Origin: Candidatus Eiseniibacteriota bacterium
GTDB taxonomy: Bacteria > Eisenbacteria > RBG-16-71-46
Assembly: GCA_963717505.1 (NCBI GenBank)
Contig: OY970342.1
Coordinates: 608,001-672,000 of the forward strand
Direction: 5' to 3'
DNA length: 64,000 nucleotides
The position numbers and the translations under genes are program-made. This document shows positions 19,901-27,438 of this stretch, piece by piece. Below the pieces are notes generated by a model that saw only the letters and a program-made list of their open reading frames with translations, searched no databases and was not told where the DNA came from. Numbering within the stretch: the first letter of the stretch is position 1; each line of letters begins with the position of its first letter.

Positions 19901-21910
19901 CTCACTGTCGGAGACCACGTTGAAGGCAGCTGGGACGTTTCCGACGCGGACGCCGGTGGCACTCGCCAGATTGAAACCTTGGACCAGGACCGTGTTGCCT
20001 GGAGACGCCGTTCCCGGTTGAAAGCCGGTGATCACGGGCGCGGCCGTGAACGAGTTGGAGCTCGAAGCCACTCCGAGGTCCGTGTGCACCTCGATCGGCC
20101 CACTGCGTGCAGCCGCCGGAACCGTCGCGTCGATGCGCGTGGCGGAAACCACCGCATAGGTCGCGACCACCCCTCCGAAGCGCACCGACTGCACGTTGGT
20201 GAAGCCGGTTCCTTCGAGAACAACGAGGGTGCCTGCCGCCCCCACCTGCGGAGCGAAGGATGCGAGAGTCGGAGGCAAGCCGATCAGCAACGAGGTCCCG
20301 GTGGCCACGGTTCCGGCCGGGTTCTCGATCTCGATCGGCCCGGCGATCGCGCCCGGCGGCACGATCATGTCCACCTGAAGATCCGAGCCGATCTTGAACT
20401 CGGCGGCAATCCCACCCAGGCGCACCGCTGTCGTCGTCGCTAGATTGAAGCCCGTGATGCGAACAACACCACCAGCGACCGCGATGCCCGGCGCGAAGCT
20501 GGAGATCACCGCCGGCGCGGTGAAGGCGCCCGGGCTGAGGGTCGTCCCGAAATCGGTCCTCACCGTGATTGGTCCGCTATGCGCGAGGTCCGGCACGATC
20601 GCCTCGATCCGCGTATCAGAGGCGACTACCGCTACCGCCGGGACGCCGCCAAAGCGCACCCACTGCATGGTGGTGAACCCTCGCCCCTCGATCACGACCT
20701 CAGATCCGAACGGACCTGCCACAGGCGCGAAGGAGGTCACCACAGGTGCGACACTCTGCACGACGATGAATGCGCTCGACGTCGCGGTCGTTCCCGCCGG
20801 ATTCGTGACGGCGATCGGGCCCGACGACGCTGCGGCCGGCACCGTTATCCTGATGTCCGTGTCGGAGAGAATCGTCGCGTTAACCGCGGCTCCGGTGAAG
20901 CTGACTGCGGTGACATTGGCGAGATTGAATCCGGTGATCGTGACCACGGTGCCCGTTCTGCCGCTGGCAGGCGCGAACATCGAGATCAGCGGCGGCGCCG
21001 TGAACAAGATCGCGCTCGTCACTGTTCCCTCCGGGGTCGACACCACGATCGGCCCGCTGCGCGGTACGGCGGGCACGACCGCGTTGATCGCCTGGTCCGA
21101 CTCGACTGCGAACGTGCACTCGATCCCTCCGATGCGCACCGCAGTAGCCTGCCCCAGGCCCGTGCCTTCGATGCGCACCGGCGTTCCCGCCGCGCCTACT
21201 AATGGGGAGAAGTGGCTGATTGTCGGCAGCGTCACCCGATCCTGCCAGAGGGCCACGTTCCGATGGACGGGCGCCGTCAGGATCGGGTCGTTGTTCTGCT
21301 CGGGGGGCTGGAACAACGTGATGTGCTCGAGCGCGATCCCGACGGGTGCATCACAGCCGATGCATTCCCCCGGCGAGGTCGACTTGTTGCGCTGCAGGCG
21401 AACCGTGAACGCGTAGTACTCGCTGGCTGGATCCAGCGGTCCCCTGTCCTCGAAGGGCAGCGCCGCCTGGATCCGCAGCTGGGCGGTATTGGGGCCGGAG
21501 TACCCGACCTCATACACGAATCCACCGACACCCCTGCCCTGCCAGAAGTCCCTGCAGGCGTCACCGGGCGCCTCGAACGACACTGAAAGACCGGTCGAGC
21601 CGCGACAGGAGCCGTTGCCGTGCTTCCACCAATCGGGAAGCACGGGACCAGCGATCCGCATGCCGGCCGACAGGCCGAGATACTCCGTGACCCCGGCGGG
21701 CGGCACGAACGACGCCACCAGTGAAAACGGTTCGCCCGTGTTCGAATCGCAGGCAAACGTCTTGATTTCAGCGCCCGCGGCGCCGCATTCATCCCAGGAA
21801 AGGTTGATGCCGGCAGCGTGGGTGGTCGCGGGAACGGCGAGGCAAATCAGGATTCCAGCACGGAGGACGCGGGGAACGAATGCGGGAACCCATGAGAGCT
21901 GCGTCCTCAT
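16937..21910 (-). CDS. Giant secreted protein: 2 Cys-rich unknown domains, 9 IPT/TIG domains, 2 CBM4/9-like domains, Ig-like domain, FlgD-like tail
   Basis: Signal peptide; PxIxxFxP...G..V.I.G..F TIG repeats; NLVADPSFE; tail FPNP...IYDVNGR...GVYFYRI; AGGAG SD. Confidence 0.88.
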   Translation of the reverse strand: MRTQLSWVPAFVPRVLRAGILICLAVPATTHAAGINLSWDECGAAGAEIKTFACDSNTGEPFSLVASFVPPAGVTEYLGLSAGMRIAGPVLPDWWKHGNGSCRGSTGLSVSFEAPGDACRDFWQGRGVGGFVYEVGYSGPNTAQLRIQAALPFEDRGPLDPASEYYAFTVRLQRNKSTSPGECIGCDAPVGIALEHITLFQPPEQNNDPILTAPVHRNVALWQDRVTLPTISHFSPLVGAAGTPVRIEGTGLGQATAVRIGGIECTFAVESDQAINAVVPAVPRSGPIVVSTPEGTVTSAILFTAPPLISMFAPASGRTGTVVTITGFNLANVTAVSFTGAAVNATILSDTDIRITVPAAASSGPIAVTNPAGTTATSSAFIVVQSVAPVVTSFAPVAGPFGSEVVIEGRGFTTMQWVRFGGVPAVAVVASDTRIEAIVPDLAHSGPITVRTDFGTTLSPGAFTAPAVISSFAPGIAVAGGVVRITGFNLATTTAVRLGGIAAEFKIGSDLQVDMIVPPGAIAGPIEIENPAGTVATGTSLLIGLPPTLASFAPQVGAAGTLVVLEGTGFTNVQSVRFGGVVATYAVVSATRIDATVPAAARSGPIEVHTDLGVASSSNSFTAAPVITGFQPGTASPGNTVLVQGFNLASATGVRVGNVPAAFNVVSDSELSFEVPGSAVTGLIRVENPAGFTTSATALAIGSPPVVSSFSPQAAVIGTPVVIEGARFTGATAVAFGGTPAMFAVVSDSRIDAVVPQGARTGPIVVTTLFGTATSIESFTAPPVVTGFAPAYAQAGTEIEIRGYNFAGATEVQFNGVPAVFAAISGEAIRATVPYGATSGPVSVANAAGTGTSSQEFLVGEFLNGGINVAWNDCGAAGTSVQSFACDTNTGDPFSLVASFAPPPGLVEFLGLSATLRITGDALPDWWQFGAGLCRGFNGLATSFDGWGVACEDFWHGTAAGGFAYDVSWGDATTSRLRVQMAVPFENRGPVNADLEYYAFKVRLMRSKTVGSGACSGCDVPRQITLDEIQLFQPPERGNDPVLTVPLHSAVAFWQSVPGPVLPEISLFEPTRDLPGRPVSIAGQHFTGVTSVRFGAVEAAFEVESDEHILATVPAGAVDGPIAVVSPGGTATSIEIFQVGAPAIMEGPNLVADPSFEHSVVAWRPVEATVDRSSRARTGDFAMRVRPATSFHRFDLNDRPNHVASTPSAGSVYRFKAWIKAPAGVSARLRVKEYQGETSLQTATSPQVSLTPQWQRMSCEVTSLEAGTSLDFQFIFDPSVSDAEVLVDDISIREQGVGPLVTSPELVEATVGTPVEIVVTAAASGGPPLVAFEADLSGLPMLSDATFTAEPDFSRGVLLWTPQPEDAAWDYSVTFRARSQVDGIATARIRVAAAPPDPRTMLVDFDANNISRWREHRGGWREWTSPGRSSSPGALLVHSPDPATTFGVNDYPNWVAYTGTNSGERFRFTCWMRAVTGAGKGVLRVNEYVQNVKVGSSTLSGELLLTNDWQQVVVERVSEAAGSSFDLRIECDPSTPGTSFMVDDLSIRYPQTIPAAERFAAGGSYVLERPTMFPNPIRERATLSWSLAESGLLKVGIYDVNGRRVRSLVHDPEAQAGTHHLMIERRDARGEPIAAGVYFYRIESADGVRQGRFVILE

Positions 21911-21946
21911 GGCTCGTCTCCTTGCGGGGGGGTCGGCCCGATCAGT

Positions 21947-21961
21947 GCATTCCCGGTGCCA
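21947..21961 (-). promoter_or_regulatory. Putative sigma54 promoter of the 1657-aa surface protein gene
   Basis: Minus strand TGGCACCGGGAATGC (GG-N10-GC), 36 nt upstream of the ATG. Confidence 0.6.
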
Positions 21962-22122
21962 ACGTCCACTCTATTCCGATAGGACGGCGGCCTCTAGTCA
22001 ATTGTGGCGATGGCTTCAGACGTCGGCTCAGGGCCAGGCAGGCCCCTGCGATGACTGAAGCGTCGACATTGCCGACACTTTGGGGCGCTGGGCCGGCGCC
22101 CGAGAAGTGATCGGCCGCCGAC

Positions 22123-22464
22123 TCAACTCCCCCGATAAGTGCTGTACCCCCACGGGCTCACCAGCAGCGGCACGTGATAGTTCTGCGCGCCACTTCCGAC
22201 TTCGAACGTGACCGCGATCTCGGGGTAGAACGTGGGCACGCCCCGGCCGTGAAAGTAGGGGCGAGTCGCGAACGTCAGCCGGTAGAGACCGTTGGCTAGG
22301 TTCGCGCCCTCGGCAATGAAGTCGCGCACCCGCCCATCGTCGTCGGTCGTTCGCTCGGCGACGTTCATCCATCCGCTGCCCTCGAGACGGTCGAGGCGCA
22401 CGCTCATGGCGGCGGCAGGCCGCCCGGCCGCCAGGTCCAGAACATGGGTGGTGATTCCGCTCAT
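22123..22464 (-). CDS. uraH: 5-hydroxyisourate hydrolase
   Basis: ITTHVLD...G.PA, TDDDGR, YHVPLL and diagnostic C-terminal YRGS. Confidence 0.96.
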   Translation of the reverse strand: MSGITTHVLDLAAGRPAAAMSVRLDRLEGSGWMNVAERTTDDDGRVRDFIAEGANLANGLYRLTFATRPYFHGRGVPTFYPEIAVTFEVGSGAQNYHVPLLVSPWGYSTYRGS

Positions 22465-22492
22465 TCACTCCTCCACGGAAGCCGGCGGCCGT

Positions 22493-22999
22493 TCACTCCG
22501 CCAGCAGTTTCTCCAATCGCAATCGCGTGATCATACGTTGCTCGCGGGCTGCGTTCTCGAGCTCGGGGCCGGGATCGTTGCCCAGACGGCGTTCGAGCAT
22601 CGCGAGCATCTCGGCGGCGCTCTTGCCGGTCGCGCAGACGATGAAGATGTAGCCGAAGCGCTCCTCATAGTCACGATTTCCGCGGGCGAGCGCGGCGAGG
22701 GTTTCGTCCGAGGCCGCTGCGGTGCCGCGTTGCTCGTCGCCGGCCCAGGCCGCGGTCGTCGCGAAACGTTGGCGCAAAGCATCGACGTCGCCGATGCGTG
22801 GATGATGCGCGAACGCCTCGCGCCAGTCGTCAGGTCCGAGGGAATCGGCCGCTCGATCGGCAGTCGCGATTAGGCGCGCGTGGTCGGAGTAGGGCCTGCC
22901 CGCGCACATACGCTCGACCCAGGCGCCTGCGCCGCAGCAGCGCTCGAATGCCGCGCGCGCTTCGGCTATCGGCATTCGATTGAGATCGTCCAGGGTCAC
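22493..22999 (-). CDS. uraD: OHCU decarboxylase
   Basis: From GTG 22999: HHPRIG, EQRG, NRDYEERFGYIFIVCATGKS, ITRLRL. Confidence 0.93.
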   Translation of the reverse strand: MTLDDLNRMPIAEARAAFERCCGAGAWVERMCAGRPYSDHARLIATADRAADSLGPDDWREAFAHHPRIGDVDALRQRFATTAAWAGDEQRGTAAASDETLAALARGNRDYEERFGYIFIVCATGKSAAEMLAMLERRLGNDPGPELENAAREQRMITRLRLEKLLAE

Positions 23000-23100
23000 G
23001 CCGGCATGGTCGCCGTGGCGGCGCCTGGAGGCAAGCGCACGGCGCGCCGGCGCAGGACGCGTCCTTGCGCGCGCGGCGCGCGCCCCTACAATGCGCCGCC

Positions 23101-24102
23101 ATGCGCGACGTGCAGCCGGCTCCCGAATTCGCAGGCCTCGCCAATCTCGCCGACGAGCGCCTGGGTGCGCGCGCGCTGGCCGCAAACGACGACTTCTTCG
23201 CGGGCAAGGAGAACCTGGTGAAGCCCGGCGCCGCGGTGTTCGACGTCGACCGCTACACCGACCGCGGCAAATGGATGGACGGCTGGGAGTCGCGGCGCAA
23301 GCGCGTCCCGGGCCACGACTGGTGCGTCGTGCGACTCGGGCTCCCGGGCGTGATCCGCGGCGTCGACATCGACACCAGCCACTTCCTCGGCAACCACCCG
23401 CCACACGCTTCGCTCGACGCGGCCGTGCTCGAACGCGACGATGCCTCGGGGCTCGAGCGCGCCGCGTGGTCCGAAGTGCTGACACGTGTGGCGCTCGCGC
23501 CTGGTGCGCACAATCCGTACTCGATCGGCCACGCGGGCCGGTGGACCCACGTCCGGCTCAACATCTTTCCCGACGGCGGGGTCGCGCGCTTGCGCGTGTA
23601 TGGAACGTCGGAGCCCGATTGGGCGCGCGTGCCGAAGGGTGAGACCCACGACCTCGCGTCGATCACCCGCGGTGGCAGCATCGTCACCGCGAGCGACATG
23701 TTCTTCGGCGCCCCCGGCAACCTGCTCATGCCGTGGGTCGCCGAGAGCATGCGCGACGGCTGGGAAACCCGACGGCGACGAAGGCCCGGCCACGACTGGG
23801 TGATCGTCCGCCTCGGACGCCCGGCGCGCATTCGTCGCATCGAGGTCGACACCAAGCACTACAAAGGGAACTACCCGGATCAGTGCTCGATCGACGCCGC
23901 CCTGGCGCCCGAGGCGAGCGTCGAAGCACTGACCGGCGAAAAGGCGTGGCGGCCGCTGCTGGCCAAGACCAAGCTGGGCGCCGACGCCAACCATGCGTTC
24001 GAGCGCGAGCTGTCGGATGCCGGTGTCGTGAGCCACGTGCGGCTCAACATCCATCCGGATGGCGGCGTCAGCCGGCTACGGGTGTTCGGCGCGGTGGAAT
24101 AG
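23101..24102 (+). CDS. alc: Allantoicase
   Basis: Two repeats with DGWESRR/DGWETRR, DTSHFLGN/DTKHYKGN and PDGGV(A/S)RLRV. Confidence 0.95.
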   Translation: MRDVQPAPEFAGLANLADERLGARALAANDDFFAGKENLVKPGAAVFDVDRYTDRGKWMDGWESRRKRVPGHDWCVVRLGLPGVIRGVDIDTSHFLGNHPPHASLDAAVLERDDASGLERAAWSEVLTRVALAPGAHNPYSIGHAGRWTHVRLNIFPDGGVARLRVYGTSEPDWARVPKGETHDLASITRGGSIVTASDMFFGAPGNLLMPWVAESMRDGWETRRRRRPGHDWVIVRLGRPARIRRIEVDTKHYKGNYPDQCSIDAALAPEASVEALTGEKAWRPLLAKTKLGADANHAFERELSDAGVVSHVRLNIHPDGGVSRLRVFGAVE

Positions 24103-24152
24103 CGACCCCTCGACCCGCGCGATCGAGGCGGGGCCACGAATGCTGAAAGACG

Positions 24153-24698
24153 CTAGCCAGATGAGATCCGGCGATGCAGCTCACCGGCATACGCGCGCAG
24201 ATCGTTCCAGTCCGTGTACTCGTAGTCGCGCGAGGTGTCGAGGTCGCCGCCGGCCTTGGCGACGATGCGTCGCATGACCCAACGCTTGAGCAGGTTGTAC
24301 TGCGTGTACTTGAGCGCGCCGGCGACCCACTTCACTTCCTTCGGTTGCCAGCCGGTTTCCGTCCGAAAGCCTTCGAGGATTGCCTCGAGGTCGGCCATGA
24401 CCTTGGGATCCTTTTGCAGAATGCCGAGACAGACCGACAGAAACACGTTCGGTTTGGCGTTCAGCTCGGCCACGCGTCCACGCACCCAGCGGCGAACACT
24501 CTTCTGATAGCCGCCGGCGTGGACCGACGCCGCGACCACCACCAGAGCGTAGGCGCTGGGCCGTGCGTCGGACGCAGGCCCGCGCGCGTCGGCAACGTCG
24601 ACCTCGACGCCGAGAGCCCGCAGGGAGTCACCCAGGAAGCGGGCGATCTTGCCGGTCTGGCCGTCGGACGTTCCGTAGTAGATCAGGACCTTCGCCAC
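24153..24698 (-). CDS. hemG: Flavodoxin-fold menaquinone-dependent protoporphyrinogen oxidase (HemG-like)
   Basis: YGTSDGQTGKIA, ASVHAG, FLSV, AGALKYTQY, DYEYTDW. Confidence 0.8.
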   Translation of the reverse strand: MAKVLIYYGTSDGQTGKIARFLGDSLRALGVEVDVADARGPASDARPSAYALVVVAASVHAGGYQKSVRRWVRGRVAELNAKPNVFLSVCLGILQKDPKVMADLEAILEGFRTETGWQPKEVKWVAGALKYTQYNLLKRWVMRRIVAKAGGDLDTSRDYEYTDWNDLRAYAGELHRRISSG

Positions 24699-24745
24699 GT
24701 GCCCTCCCCACGCGAATGACTTCTATCTTCCGATCCCGACGCGGA

Positions 24746-26137
24746 TCATACGACCTGGCCCGCGGCATCGCCGGCCGGAACACCGCCCTCGACGATCCGC
24801 TCACCGCGCAGGTACACGTCGACCACCTTGCCGGTCAACACCCGACCGGCGTACGGCGTGAACTTGTGTCGCTGCTGGAGTCGTTCGGCGTCCACGGTCC
24901 ACGTTCGATCCGGGTCGAACACCACGAGGTCGGCATCGTGGCCGACTGCGAGTGCTCCCTTGCGACCCTCGAGCCCGGCGAGTCGCGCCGGCGCGGCACT
25001 CATCCAGCGCGCGAGATCGTCCGGACCGGCGCCGCGACCACGGCCTCGGCTCCACACCGCCGCGAGCCCGACTTCGAGCGAGGCAATTCCGCCCCAGGCC
25101 GCCACGAAGTCACCCTCGTCGCGCCGCTTGAGCGCCGGCGGACACGGCGAATGGTCGCTGGCGATCAGGTCCAGCGTGCCGTCGGCCAGCGCGCCCCAGA
25201 GTGCCTCCTGATCGGATCGAGAGCGAATCGGCGGCGCGCACTTGAACTCGGTCGCGCCGTCGGGAATCTCCTCGGCGGCAAAGCATAGGTAGTGCGGGCA
25301 GGTTTCGGCAGTGATACGCGCGCCGCGCGTCCGCGCGGCGCGCAGGTCGGCCAGCGCCTCGCCGGTCGCGAGGTGAACGATGTGCACGTGGCATTGATGG
25401 CGCTCGGCGAGCCGGATCATCAGCCGGATCGCCTCGACCTCGGCAACGGGCGGGCGGCTCGCAAGCCACGTGGCGTAGCGTCGTGGATCGCCGCGCTGGG
25501 TGCCGGTCACCGCCTCGATCGGACCCGGAAGCTCCGCGTGGACCAGCAGGGGTAGCCCCAACCGCGAGATCACCGGCATGGCGTTCTCGAGATCGGATTC
25601 ACCGACCCACCCGAACTCGTCGACGCCCGAGGGCACCAGAAAGCACTTGAAGCCGCGGACTCCGGCGCGCGCCAAGGGCTCCAGCTCGGCGGTGTTGCCG
25701 GGAACGACGCCTCCCCAGAAGGCGACGTCGACCGCGCACTGGCCGCGGGCGGCTGCGCGCTTCTGCTCGAGGGCCGCTGCGGTCGTGGTCGCCGGAACGG
25801 AGTTGAGCGGCATGTCGACCAGGGTCGTGACTCCGCCGGCCGCCGCCGCTCGGGTCGCGGTCGCGAATCCCTCCCACTCGGCGCGACCTGGTTCGTCCAC
25901 GTGGACGTGGCTGTCGACCAGGCCGGGGAGAATCCAGAGATCTCCGGCGTCGACGGCAGCAAGGTCGCGAGAGGCGTCAGGGCGAGCGGCGGAACCTGGC
26001 TGGGGGGCGACGGCGCCGCTGCCCTCGGGGTAAGGCTCGATCGCGGCAATCCGGCCATCGCGCACGACTACGGTGGCTGGCCGAGGGCCCTCGGGCAGGA
26101 CGACGTGCCGGGACCGAATTGAGAGGTTGCCGCGCAT
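24746..26137 (-). CDS. allB: Allantoinase (cyclic amidohydrolase)
   Basis: PGLVDSHVHVDEPGR, EWEGF, DMPLNS, ETCPHYL, FKCAPPIR, SDHSP, AWGGI. Confidence 0.95.
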   Translation of the reverse strand: MRGNLSIRSRHVVLPEGPRPATVVVRDGRIAAIEPYPEGSGAVAPQPGSAARPDASRDLAAVDAGDLWILPGLVDSHVHVDEPGRAEWEGFATATRAAAAGGVTTLVDMPLNSVPATTTAAALEQKRAAARGQCAVDVAFWGGVVPGNTAELEPLARAGVRGFKCFLVPSGVDEFGWVGESDLENAMPVISRLGLPLLVHAELPGPIEAVTGTQRGDPRRYATWLASRPPVAEVEAIRLMIRLAERHQCHVHIVHLATGEALADLRAARTRGARITAETCPHYLCFAAEEIPDGATEFKCAPPIRSRSDQEALWGALADGTLDLIASDHSPCPPALKRRDEGDFVAAWGGIASLEVGLAAVWSRGRGRGAGPDDLARWMSAAPARLAGLEGRKGALAVGHDADLVVFDPDRTWTVDAERLQQRHKFTPYAGRVLTGKVVDVYLRGERIVEGGVPAGDAAGQVV

Positions 26138-26194
26138 CGGTCCGGGAATCTATCCTTCCCGGCGCCTGAACCCGGAACGACTTCGCGTTCGGGG

Positions 26195-26269
26195 AAAAAA
26201 AGCGAGCGACCCGCCTGGCCGCCAAGCTCCCGCATGGCTTTGCGTACAGAACGGATCGCTCAACCTGTC
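26195..26269 (-). ncRNA. Candidate sigma54-dependent sRNA or attenuator (long hairpin plus U7)
   Basis: GAGCGAUCCG...CGGGUCGCUC stem (26204-26261) followed by 7 U; lies directly downstream of a sigma54 motif. Confidence 0.4.
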
Positions 26270-26280
26270 TCAGTAACATG

Positions 26281-26295
26281 GCAAGGCACGGGCCA
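26281..26295 (-). promoter_or_regulatory. Putative sigma54 promoter facing allB
   Basis: Minus strand TGGCCCGTGCCTTGC, one mismatch to consensus TGGCACG-N4-TTGC. Confidence 0.7.
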
Positions 26296-26480
26296 ACACG
26301 TGACGCGCGACTGCAACCGTTAGCCCGGCAATGGATTGACCGATGAACACCCGCTCGGCGAGCGGCGGCAGTCGAGCCCGGGTAGGAAAAAGCGTAAGCC
26401 TGCGGCTACAGTCTGGGGTCGCAAAACTGCCTCGATGTCGGCTCGGCCGACGCCCACTCATCCTCAAGGAGATCCCGAAG

Positions 26481-27329
26481 ATGTCGATGTCCCGAGTCGT
26501 TCTGGCGGCTGTCGCCCTGGCCGCCATCGCGGCCCCCGCAGTTGCCGAGCTCAAAACCCCGCGTCCGAGCCCCAATGCGGTGCTCAAGCAGACCATCGGT
26601 CTGACCGACGTGACCGTGACCTACAGCCGGCCAGGCGTGAAGGGCCGCGCGATCTGGGGCGATCTCGTCCCCTACGGCGAGCCGTGGCGCACCGGTGCCA
26701 ACGAGGCGACCACCATCCAGTTTTCCGACGACGTCACCGTGAACGGTAAGCCGCTCAAGGCCGGCACCTATGGTTTTCTCACGATTCCCGGGCAGGAGAG
26801 TTGGACCGCCGCGTTCAACACCAAGTCGGACTTGTGGGGCGCCAACGGCTACGACAAGGCGAACGACGCCCTGCGGCTCGAGATCAAACCCGGCACCGGT
26901 ACCCACCAGGAGTGGATGCGCTTCTCGTTCGAGAACCTTTCCACCGACAACGGGGACCTGGTCCTGGCGTGGGAGCAGCTGACCCTGACGATGACCATCG
27001 GCACCAACAGCACGGCGAAGACGGTGGCCGCCGCCAAGACCGAAGTCGCGGTCGCCAAGGCCGACGATGCGACGACTCGGTTCCGCGCCGCGAGCTTCCT
27101 GCTCGACGTCAATCAGGAACTTCCGCTCGCCACCACGTGGGCAGAGGAGTCGGTCAAGATCAAACCCGGCTACCTAAACCAGCAGGTGCTCGCCAAGCTC
27201 TACGCCAAGCAGGGCAAGAAGAAGGAAGCCACGGCCACCATGGAAAAGGCGATCGCCGCGGGCAAGACCGGCGAGAACCCGTTCGACACCCGCCCGTCCG
27301 AGAAACTGCTCGCCGAGTGGAAGGACTGA
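26481..27329 (+). CDS. DUF2911 domain secreted protein with TPR-like C-terminus
   Basis: PRPSP, YSRPGVKGR, WRTGANEAT, GTY; AAGGAG SD; signal peptide. Confidence 0.9.
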   Translation: MSMSRVVLAAVALAAIAAPAVAELKTPRPSPNAVLKQTIGLTDVTVTYSRPGVKGRAIWGDLVPYGEPWRTGANEATTIQFSDDVTVNGKPLKAGTYGFLTIPGQESWTAAFNTKSDLWGANGYDKANDALRLEIKPGTGTHQEWMRFSFENLSTDNGDLVLAWEQLTLTMTIGTNSTAKTVAAAKTEVAVAKADDATTRFRAASFLLDVNQELPLATTWAEESVKIKPGYLNQQVLAKLYAKQGKKKEATATMEKAIAAGKTGENPFDTRPSEKLLAEWKD

Positions 27330-27371
27330 GTCGTCGAGGGATCGAAACCCGCATTCGATACCTCGCAACCG

Positions 27372-27401
27372 CGACCCCTGGGACTTCGGTCCCGGGGGTC
27401 G
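27372..27401. terminator. Hairpin terminator between convergent genes
   Basis: CGACCCCTGGGAC-TTCG-GTCCCGGGGGTCG with cUUCGg tetraloop. Confidence 0.7.
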
Positions 27402-27438
27402 TTGGCTTCCCCCCGGTTCGCCTCAGCGTCCGGAGCGA

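Noticed and set aside
26230-26431. ACGCAAAGCC (minus strand) and GGGTCGCAAAAC (plus strand) resembling a c-di-GMP-I riboswitch
   Set aside because: The P2 GAAA tetraloop and GGCAAAC elements are absent; match is only partial
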